From IMG/VR virus record IMGVR_UViG_3300005825_000268, positions 1-45,446 of that record: 45,446 nucleotides of DNA; one strand, given 5' to 3'. The notes under the pieces are model-generated. The model saw nothing but the letters and a program-made list of their open reading frames with translations, had not been told where the DNA came from and searched no databases. The translations under genes were made by a program, and so were the position numbers. The DNA comes from a virus. Lineage: Duplodnaviria > Caudoviricetes. This document shows, piece by piece, positions 38,578-45,446 of this stretch (the stretch's first letter is position 1; each line of letters opens with the position of its first letter).

Positions 38578-39441
38578 ATGGATTATTTCGTCAGTTTAGA
38601 ACAGACCCCTTTCAGTCAGTGGCAGCTTGAATTGTTGATTGAAAGTTTCAAAAAACATAATTTACAGGACAGCCTCGTGGTTAGCATTGCTAAATCCGAA
38701 GGTGATCCTGTAAATCCAGAATTCATTTACAATACTTTTAATCACAAAAGAATCATAGGACATCAAAATGTTGGTAAGTCCAGAGGCTTTGAAAGACTAA
38801 ATGTTTTTTATGGAATAAGTTGGGCCTTAAAGGAAGGATTGCTTAAAGAACCCTTTTTTGTAATGCCATTAGATTCCGTTCTTTATTCACAGCCAACCGA
38901 TCATCCTGATTATCCAGCCATCTCTTATCAAATTGATCCATTTTTTACTCCCGAATTAGTTGTAGAAAATACAGGTAAGTTGTTTGATAAAAAAGATTTA
39001 GAAGAAAATTGGCCATCTATTGGCGATACAATGTTCTTCAATAAATTCCCAGAAATCTTTTTCGATCAAGTAATTGAGTTGACTGAAAAGTTAGTATTTA
39101 GACAACTAAAAGAAAGTGGCAAGTTTTGGAATCTAACAGATCGCTTAGCGTTGAATTTAAAAGTTCAGGAATATGTTGGCAAAGTTCCAATTTTAGGAGC
39201 TTACGATTATGAATCAGATATGTTAAGTAACTTTCCTAAAAACTTTATTCATTATGATAAAGGATTTATGCCAATTTTTCACAAAGAAATGTTTTCTTAT
39301 ACACCACCAGATTATATTTCTTTGGGTAATCCTTTTAGAGTCTTGAGTGAAAATTACCCAAGCGGAGCATTTCACTATATGTCAAACTTGGCTAAGAGTT
39401 ATTTAGAAAAACAAAGAAGACTAAAGGAGAGTTACAAATAA
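38578..39441 (+). CDS. GT-A-fold glycosyltransferase-like protein (HPAT/SRGT-like N-terminus)
   Basis: FSQWQLELLIESFKK resembles the YxxWQxxxxxxSF start of hydroxyproline arabinosyl-/serine galactosyl-transferases. FIHY near the C-terminus. AAGGAGG RBS. Confidence 0.45.
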   Translation: MDYFVSLEQTPFSQWQLELLIESFKKHNLQDSLVVSIAKSEGDPVNPEFIYNTFNHKRIIGHQNVGKSRGFERLNVFYGISWALKEGLLKEPFFVMPLDSVLYSQPTDHPDYPAISYQIDPFFTPELVVENTGKLFDKKDLEENWPSIGDTMFFNKFPEIFFDQVIELTEKLVFRQLKESGKFWNLTDRLALNLKVQEYVGKVPILGAYDYESDMLSNFPKNFIHYDKGFMPIFHKEMFSYTPPDYISLGNPFRVLSENYPSGAFHYMSNLAKSYLEKQRRLKESYK

Positions 39442-39993
39442 TGGTTTTTTGACCTCAACAATAATGTCGTCTGTTAATTTGTGTTTGAATTCTCTTAAAT
39501 CTATAACTTCAATCATTCCGCTTTTTGTAATTTTTTGTATTCCCTCAACCAAAGCCTTTTTGTTCAATACATCTTCAATTACATAAGTGCCACCAGACTT
39601 TAATCTTTTATAGAAAATTTCAAATGCCAAAAGTTGATGAGGATGAATGTGTGATGCGTCGTCGATAATGATGTCGAATTTTTGATCGCCCAATTGTTCA
39701 TCTACTAATTTTTTTGTGTTTTTTGTATAAAGTTCAATTTCAAAAAGTTTTACTCTTCTGGTTTCTTCTTGTTGGGTTTTATACTTGTTTTGATTTAAAT
39801 TTTTATCAATGCCGAAAATTTGAGCTTGTTTTAAAACATTGGTAAATGCCAAGATGCATCCACCGTGCTGAACACCTAATTCCAATAAATCAATTTTTTT
39901 GTCTAAAAATGGTTCAAAAAGTTGATCGTAGTACCGTACTCCATAATCGTGTGCGGTATTTTTGTCAGTAAGTTTGTATTCTGAAAATTTCAT
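39421..39993 (-). CDS. Class I SAM-dependent (sugar O-)methyltransferase
   Basis: TDK..HDY..YY, LLELGVQHG, GID, FDIIIDDASH and GGTYVIED motifs. Confidence 0.9.
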   Translation of the reverse strand: MKFSEYKLTDKNTAHDYGVRYYDQLFEPFLDKKIDLLELGVQHGGCILAFTNVLKQAQIFGIDKNLNQNKYKTQQEETRRVKLFEIELYTKNTKKLVDEQLGDQKFDIIIDDASHIHPHQLLAFEIFYKRLKSGGTYVIEDVLNKKALVEGIQKITKSGMIEVIDLREFKHKLTDDIIVEVKKPLFVTLL

Positions 39994-40058
39994 TTTACCT
40001 CTTGACAATTTGCCAAATTAAGTCTCCAATAGATTATATAGAGTAAGGGAGGAATATA

Positions 40059-40676
40059 ATGGCAAAGTATGTGGCCGCTCTATTCGCCAATAATAGAGCA
40101 GTGTCGGGCCTCAATCATGGCGATGCTTTTTCTAAGCTCTCCACAAATGAAAAAAATGGAGATATTGAAAGCGGCTTTATAGACGTTGAAACCGGCAAAT
40201 TCTTTAGCGATAACCTAAAAGTTTATCTTAAACAGGTTTATCTCTTGAGACACGGTGACGCTACTGGACAACACCATAATGACAAATTGACTGATTTGGG
40301 TGTTATTCAAAGTCACGTTCTGGCCGAAACCATCGAAGCGAAAAACATTTCTGAATTTGAATTCTTTTCAAGCCCCTACTTACGATGCAAGCAAACAGCA
40401 CAAATCATCGAAGAAAAGTCGGGGCTTAAATTTTGCGCTAAAGACTGCTTTAGAAAACAAGATGATGAAGAAAAAGAAGAACACTTTCTTGAACGTATTA
40501 TTTCTTTAATTGATTCGTTACCAGAAAAATCGGTTGTCGTTACACATACTGATATTATTTCAAATATCATATACCAAATGATGAACGAACAAGTTTGCTG
40601 CGTGCCTCACTGTAGTATTTCTTATATCAGTTCAAGAGAATTGATTATCTTGGAAAATTCGGGGCGGCGAATCTAG
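40059..40676 (+). CDS. Histidine phosphatase family protein with extra N-terminal domain
   Basis: LLRHG, LTDLG, SSPYLRCKQTA and VVVTH motifs. GGAGG RBS. Confidence 0.9.
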   Translation: MAKYVAALFANNRAVSGLNHGDAFSKLSTNEKNGDIESGFIDVETGKFFSDNLKVYLKQVYLLRHGDATGQHHNDKLTDLGVIQSHVLAETIEAKNISEFEFFSSPYLRCKQTAQIIEEKSGLKFCAKDCFRKQDDEEKEEHFLERIISLIDSLPEKSVVVTHTDIISNIIYQMMNEQVCCVPHCSISYISSRELIILENSGRRI

Positions 40677-41196
40677 GAGCTTTATTTAAATCAACTGCTG
40701 CTGCCGGTTGTTTTTGAGATAGATTTTTTTCTGACCATCTATTAAACATATCGTCATTCGCATGATAATTTGGATTTCTAAAAAACTGGAAATTCTGATT
40801 TCGAGTCATCTCGTGATTGACCTTGCTTAAAATGCCCCAGATATAGTTGTTGGGCAATTCAAAACCCATCATTTGATCCACTGTGCCCAATATATTGTTC
40901 TTTGGCAATTGTTTAAACCATCTTTTAGGGATAATGCAAACTACCACAGAGAAATCCCCGGCACGACTTAGCAAATCAACAAGATTTTGGACTTCCATTT
41001 GCTTGAAAGAGTTTATAAACTTATCCCTGTGAACGCCCTCAGATTCGTTTATATGGCCCCACGCCGTTTTATCGTCTGTTTGTCCTACAAACAGATAATG
41101 ATTTAAAACAAGCCGCTGTAGCTCGTCTATGCCACGTCCATATTCAACGGGCGAAGTCTCGGTCAGAAAAAAATCTTTAAATCCATGAAAGTTCAT
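40645..41196 (-). CDS. Hypothetical protein with capsid-targeting-like N-terminus
   Basis: MNFHGFKDFFLTE start, 5 nt after CTAAATA. Confidence 0.7.
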   Translation of the reverse strand: MNFHGFKDFFLTETSPVEYGRGIDELQRLVLNHYLFVGQTDDKTAWGHINESEGVHRDKFINSFKQMEVQNLVDLLSRAGDFSVVVCIIPKRWFKQLPKNNILGTVDQMMGFELPNNYIWGILSKVNHEMTRNQNFQFFRNPNYHANDDMFNRWSEKNLSQKQPAAAVDLNKAPRFAAPNFPR

Positions 41197-41201
41197 GTGG
41201 T

Positions 41202-41208
41202 TATTTAG
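41202..41208 (-). promoter_or_regulatory. T4-late-like promoter CTAAATA
   Basis: 5 nt before ATG 41196. Confidence 0.6.
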
Positions 41209-41211
41209 GGC

Positions 41212-41240
41212 TATACAGTTCTGTTTTCCTGTGGTACAAT
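41212..41240 (+). promoter_or_regulatory. sigma70-like promoter TATACA-17-TACAAT
   Basis: 17-nt spacer ending in ctgtgg. Upstream of the tyrS operon. Confidence 0.6.
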
Positions 41241-41270
41241 CCAGCAAATCTTTACACAAGGAGTTTTTGA

Positions 41271-41729
41271 ATGCCTTCTCCCAACTTTACTGAAAGAAAA
41301 AACCCTGCGATTCGTGATTCTGATTATGTAAAATCAGTAAGTATTTGTCTTAATCCACAAGATAACGGTGGAGAGTCGGTCACCTTGGAAGTTGATTTCT
41401 TTCATAATGGCGATCCAAAGAACTCTATTTATACAAATATTCACATTCAAAGCGGTTGTTATGGAGTGCATTCTAACCGCCAAAGTTTTTTTGGTGTGAG
41501 CATTGAAGCCTTTAGTGAATCTTTTCGACATATGACCGAAGTTGCATATCTGCTCGAAAAAGAAGGCCGACCTGATACCAAAAAGCCCGAAACCGTATCG
41601 TCCATGCAGGGACTTCATACAAAAGAGTCTCACAAGCTGGAAAAGATCAAAGAATTGATCGAGAACGCCGAAGATTACGACGTTCTATATGACATTGCAA
41701 CCATCGTTGGGGCTGATGTTGAAACATGA
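41271..41729 (+). CDS. Hypothetical protein, 152 aa
   Basis: AAGGAG RBS. ATGA overlap with tyrS. Confidence 0.7.
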   Translation: MPSPNFTERKNPAIRDSDYVKSVSICLNPQDNGGESVTLEVDFFHNGDPKNSIYTNIHIQSGCYGVHSNRQSFFGVSIEAFSESFRHMTEVAYLLEKEGRPDTKKPETVSSMQGLHTKESHKLEKIKELIENAEDYDVLYDIATIVGADVET

Positions 41730-42799
41730 ATATCTTTCCTGAAAATGCCGATATTTCACCCAGCAAACGGGTAAAATTTGGTATTGATCCCACGTTTCCC
41801 CGATTACACCTTGGACACTTTATTCCAATTCGTCTTGTCAAAAAGATGAAGGAACAAGGTCATAAGGTAACTATTGTCCTTGGAACATTTACCGCCCAAT
41901 TAGGCGACCCGTCAGGACGTGATAATACACGTCCTATTTTGTCTGAGAATGAAGTCAAGCAAAACGCCGATTCAATTCTTGAAACGGTTAAAAACTTGCT
42001 TGGCGACGATGTTGATTTCTTTCCAAATCATTGGATACACAATTCGATGACGCTCCCGAACTTCCTTCGGGATATTGTCTCTAAATTTACGCTAAGTCAT
42101 ATGATTAGCAGAAATGCATTCGCAAATAGGATTGAAAATAATCATCCTATTGCAATGCATGAATTACTTGTGCCAATGCTCCAAGGTATGGATTCGGTAC
42201 ATTTGAAAACTGAAATTGAAATTGGCGGGCAGGACCAACTTTTTAATTTTCAAATTGCTCGTAGTCTTCAAGAAAGTCACGGGCAAAAGCCGCAAACCTG
42301 CATTATGTTGCCAGTTATCAATGGCACCGATGGCAGGAAAATGAGCAAGTCGTTTGGCAATTGCATTTTCTTAGATGAAACAGCCACAGATATTTTCGGG
42401 AAAGTAATGAGCATTCCCGATTCAGTCATGGTTGAATGGTTTCCACTACTTACGGATTGTTCCGTAACTGATTTGCATCCAATGGAAGCAAAAAAGAAAT
42501 TGGCATTTGAAATTGTCAAACAAATTCAAAGTGAAGACGCAGCAAAAGATGCTCAAATCTTTTTTGAAAAAACTGTGCAACACAAAGAATTGCCTGACAA
42601 TATTCCTATCACTCATGGCGACCGGACCTTACTTAAAGTCGTTCAGGAAATGAGGAATTGCAGTATTACTGCTGCCCGAAAACTTCTGCTTGGCCGAGGC
42701 GTGAAAATTGATGGTGTTGTTTGTTTGGATGGCAACACACCTATTCTACATGGCCAGATCATTCAAGTGGGCAAAAGAGATTTTACAAAAGTTTCTTGA
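41726..42799 (+). CDS. tyrS: Tyrosyl-tRNA synthetase (bacterial TyrZ/type 2-like, compact)
   Basis: KFGIDPT..LHLGH, GDPSGR, QGMDS, GGQDQ, KMSKS and C-terminal S4-like QVGKRDF. Confidence 0.95.
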   Translation: MNIFPENADISPSKRVKFGIDPTFPRLHLGHFIPIRLVKKMKEQGHKVTIVLGTFTAQLGDPSGRDNTRPILSENEVKQNADSILETVKNLLGDDVDFFPNHWIHNSMTLPNFLRDIVSKFTLSHMISRNAFANRIENNHPIAMHELLVPMLQGMDSVHLKTEIEIGGQDQLFNFQIARSLQESHGQKPQTCIMLPVINGTDGRKMSKSFGNCIFLDETATDIFGKVMSIPDSVMVEWFPLLTDCSVTDLHPMEAKKKLAFEIVKQIQSEDAAKDAQIFFEKTVQHKELPDNIPITHGDRTLLKVVQEMRNCSITAARKLLLGRGVKIDGVVCLDGNTPILHGQIIQVGKRDFTKVS

Positions 42800-42807
42800 A
42801 GTCAGAC

Positions 42808-42836
42808 TTGCCATTTTCTTTTGATTTGTTTAGAGT
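42808..42836 (+). promoter_or_regulatory. Possible sigma70-like promoter TTGCCA-17-TAGAGT
   Basis: Intergenic with correct spacing, but lacks the ctgtgg element. Confidence 0.35.
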
Positions 42837-42880
42837 AACTTCTCGTTGCTGGAAACACCTACTTCAATCGGGAGAAGCGA

Positions 42881-43318
42881 ATGAAAACGCCTTGGATTAT
42901 TACTGCAATTGCTGTCATTGGTTGTGGCATCACTTCGTATGGTTATTATGCGAAGAATCAAGACAACCAAAAATTGGCAATCGGCAACATCATTTATGTT
43001 GCTGAAAATCGTCTTCTTAAAGAAGAAGTAAATACACTGGAAAGAAAACCCTCTTATGAGGAAGGATGCAGAGATACCATTTTGAAAATGGGTGGCCCAC
43101 AAACGCCCGGTGCTTATATGGATGGCTGGAATGCTGCCATCCTTACACTCGATACCAGAAATTATGCTGACGGTTATCATGCTGCAATCCAACAATTTGG
43201 CTATGTCAAAACCAATGGAAATCGCTGGATTGTCGATCCGCCTCTAGCCGAACCAAAATCTGAAAAGTCTGAACCCAAAGGTCAGCCTGTGAAATATCCA
43301 CCCAAAGAAGAAAAATAA
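42881..43318 (+). CDS. Membrane-anchored/exported hypothetical protein
   Basis: N-terminal hydrophobic helix, short coiled coil, three YxxG(C/W/Y) motifs, GGAG RBS. Confidence 0.7.
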   Translation: MKTPWIITAIAVIGCGITSYGYYAKNQDNQKLAIGNIIYVAENRLLKEEVNTLERKPSYEEGCRDTILKMGGPQTPGAYMDGWNAAILTLDTRNYADGYHAAIQQFGYVKTNGNRWIVDPPLAEPKSEKSEPKGQPVKYPPKEEK

Positions 43319-43332
43319 AAACAATTCAATTC

Positions 43333-43371
43333 CAAACAAGGCAGGACTAAACATCCTGCCTTGTTTGCTTT
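43333..43371 (+). terminator. Intrinsic terminator-like hairpin
   Basis: caaacaaggcagga / tcctgccttgtttg 14-bp perfect stem after the stop codon. Confidence 0.75.
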
Positions 43372-43397
43372 ACAGCCCACAAATTCTGTGGTAGAAT
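43369..43397 (+). promoter_or_regulatory. sigma70-like promoter TTTACA-17-TAGAAT
   Basis: 17-nt spacer ending in ttctgtgg. Confidence 0.7.
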
Positions 43398-43403
43398 CGA
43401 ATT

Positions 43404-43631
43404 GTGAATCAGAGTAATATGAAATACTGCACTTACGCTAGATTCAAAGGCATCATTGGATGGTTCATGGGCTGGTACTTAGTCGGGATCGCAGAACAAC
43501 CAATATTCGGCGGTTATTCTGCCGATTTCGCCAGCATGGGTTGTCACTTGATGCTAATTGAACTTGATGCGCCTTTACCATACAAGTTTTATTTTTTGCC
43601 CAAAGGGGCAAAAATCATTCAACGGAGATAG
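43404..43631 (+). CDS. Hypothetical protein, about 70-75 aa
   Basis: Fills the gap between promoter and vWA gene. Start uncertain (GTG 43404 or ATG 43419). Confidence 0.5.
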   Translation: MNQSNMKYCTYARFKGIIGWFMGWYLVGIAEQPIFGGYSADFASMGCHLMLIELDAPLPYKFYFLPKGAKIIQRR

Positions 43632-43634
43632 AAA

Positions 43635-44396
43635 ATGAACGACGAAACAAATACCACCAATGAAATGAAAATGAATTTGGGCGGTACGAAAAGTGTCGTA
43701 TTCAGTTTCGACACAACTGGTTCAATGAATCCCTGCATCCAGCAGGTCCGAAAAAATTTGCGTGATCTTGTTGAAATGATGACCGGCGATATTCCCGATC
43801 TTAAAATCGGACTTATTGCACACGGCGATTATTGTGATGGTGATAAGTGTATGACTTTTCTTGATCTTACTGATGATCTTGAGAAAATCATGAACTTTAT
43901 CAACAACACACCCAATACGGGTGGCGGTGATGCCCCTGAATGTTACGAATATGCTCTCGAAACAGCCAAGAATATGTCTTGGCCAGAAGAGGGTGGTTCG
44001 CTCGTCTTGATTGGTGACGATGAACCTCATGAGAAAAATCCCAACAATCTCGATTGGCGAAATGAAGTCAAAGAATTGCTGGCGAAAAACATCAAAGTTT
44101 TCCCCATGCAATGTCTGCATAGCCCACACCGCCCCGGACCAAACAAGTTCTGGGAGGAAATTAGTGGTCTTTCCGGCACCCCACTTCTTCTCTTGGAATC
44201 ATTTCAAGACAGTGCCAATGTATTGGAAGCCGTCGCCTATGCTTCTGCTGGTGATGAAGCATATAAGAATTACAAAATGAAATATGACGCCGAAGTAGCA
44301 GGTGGTGTGCGAACGTGTTCCACTTCTAATATGGTTGAAAATCAATCCAAATTGGAAGCCTACGCCAACAATAGAGGCGAAAAAAAGGAAGAATAA
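43635..44396 (+). CDS. von Willebrand factor A (vWA) domain protein
   Basis: FSFDTTGSM MIDAS motif, GGGDAPE and LIGDDEPH. Confidence 0.9.
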   Translation: MNDETNTTNEMKMNLGGTKSVVFSFDTTGSMNPCIQQVRKNLRDLVEMMTGDIPDLKIGLIAHGDYCDGDKCMTFLDLTDDLEKIMNFINNTPNTGGGDAPECYEYALETAKNMSWPEEGGSLVLIGDDEPHEKNPNNLDWRNEVKELLAKNIKVFPMQCLHSPHRPGPNKFWEEISGLSGTPLLLLESFQDSANVLEAVAYASAGDEAYKNYKMKYDAEVAGGVRTCSTSNMVENQSKLEAYANNRGEKKEE

Positions 44397-44397
44397 A

Positions 44398-45446
44398 ATG
44401 GACAACAAACGAATTGTTATTTACGGTGGTGGCACGGTTTCCCATGTCCGAAACCATCTGGCCCTTTGTGCCCCTGCCTATGGCGGCACAGCAAAACGTC
44501 TGGCAGAATTGGCCAAAGAAATTCTGCCCAACATGGATGTTGATCTTCGGCTGACCAAAATGGCTGGCGGTCGGCTGGAAACCAATGAAGATATTGCAAA
44601 AGATATTGACGAATTGGTTCAAGATGATACCACAAGAGTTGTCATCATGTCAGCGGCTCTGTGTGATTTCAACGGGAAAACTGGCGAAACACCCTCTGGC
44701 AAATATGCTGCAAGGTTGAAAACCCGGTATCTCCAAGACCCCATCGAACTCACAATGGCGAACAAAGTCATTCGTAAGGTTCGAGAAACCCGCAAAGATA
44801 TTTTTCTTGTTGGTTTCAAAACAACTACCGGAGCAACGCCCGACGAACAATATCTCGAAGGGTTGAATCTTTGTAAAAAGGCGTCATGCAATCTGGTGCT
44901 GGCAAATGATACAGTAACCAGATTGAATATGATCGTTACGCCCGAAGAATCTCGATATTCTCAAACAACTGATCGAGAAGCAACACTTCGAGAATTACTC
45001 AAGATGGTTTTTCATCGCACACACCTGAACTTCACCCGTTCAACAGTGGTCGATGGAAGTCCCGTGCCGTGGGACTCAGAACAAGTCCCGCCTAGCCTCC
45101 GTAAAGTGGTTGATTATTGCATTGAAAAAAATGCATATAAACCTTTCAACGGAGTGACGGCGGGACATTTTGCTTGTAAGATAAACGATACAACTTTTCT
45201 TACAAGTATTCGCAAGACCGATTTCAATGAATTGCCGAAAAATGGTCTGGTGAAAATCGTTACGGATGGACCCGATACCGTACTCGCCTATGGTGCCAAA
45301 CCATCGGTCGGCGGGCAAAGTCAACGAATTGTTTTTCATGACCATCCTGATGTTGACTGTATTGTTCACTTTCATTGCCCGCTAAGTGATACTTCAAAGG
45401 TTCCTACCGTATCTCAAAGAGAATTTGAGTGTGGTTCACATGAATG
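44398..45446 (+). CDS. CoaB-like (phosphopantothenate-cysteine ligase fold) / class II aldolase-adducin fusion protein (3'-truncated)
   Basis: Missing from the ORF track because it runs off the window. MDNKRIVIYGGGT, SAALCDF, FLVGFKT and LVLAND are CoaB-like. GHFA, FLTS, GAKPS, IVHFH and ECGSHE are class II aldolase-like. Confidence 0.8.
   Translation, partial: MDNKRIVIYGGGTVSHVRNHLALCAPAYGGTAKRLAELAKEILPNMDVDLRLTKMAGGRLETNEDIAKDIDELVQDDTTRVVIMSAALCDFNGKTGETPSGKYAARLKTRYLQDPIELTMANKVIRKVRETRKDIFLVGFKTTTGATPDEQYLEGLNLCKKASCNLVLANDTVTRLNMIVTPEESRYSQTTDREATLRELLKMVFHRTHLNFTRSTVVDGSPVPWDSEQVPPSLRKVVDYCIEKNAYKPFNGVTAGHFACKINDTTFLTSIRKTDFNELPKNGLVKIVTDGPDTVLAYGAKPSVGGQSQRIVFHDHPDVDCIVHFHCPLSDTSKVPTVSQREFECGSHE

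Noticed and set aside
1-45446. Stop-codon reassignment as seen in some huge phages
   Set aside because: Genes are full length and tightly packed in the standard code. TAA, TGA and TAG all occur as stops.
29700-45446. tRNA genes accompanying TyrRS and the CCA-like enzyme
   Set aside because: Intergenic gaps are short and I saw no cloverleaf with a T-loop GTTCRA in them. tRNAscan-SE would be decisive.
44398-45446. Calling the gene coaBC/dfp
   Set aside because: No flavoprotein CoaC domain is present, the substrate loop is divergent, and the C-terminus is aldolase-like.

Overview
This is a gene-dense, AT-rich segment of a large (jumbo/huge-type) contractile-tailed bacteriophage genome, read in the standard genetic code. 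Positions 1-29.7 kb form a minus-strand virion module: a T4 gp2-like DNA end protector, a 3333-aa tape measure protein, tube-initiator, gp53-like, hub, gp5/VgrG-like spike, gp25, gp6/J-like and gp7/I-like wedge genes, and three paralogous PKD-domain fibre-like proteins. A SET-domain gene, an NDT-like gene and a GT-like gene are interleaved. Positions 29.7-45.4 kb are an accessory region with mixed strands and two recognisable promoter classes: sigma70-like TTTACA-17-TAnAAT and T4-late-like (C/A)TA(A/T)ATA. Highlights: (i) a set of late-promoter genes whose products begin with a T4-like capsid-targeting peptide, possibly including a CCA-adding-enzyme homologue with three substituted catalytic/specificity motifs; (ii) a dispersed tRNA/RNA-repair-like suite (cREC domain, HAD_SAK, His-phosphatase, tyrosyl-tRNA synthetase); (iii) a CoaB-like ligase/class II aldolase fusion next to a vWA gene; (iv) three tandem membrane microproteins. 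All family calls come from motif recognition by eye; no database search was run.
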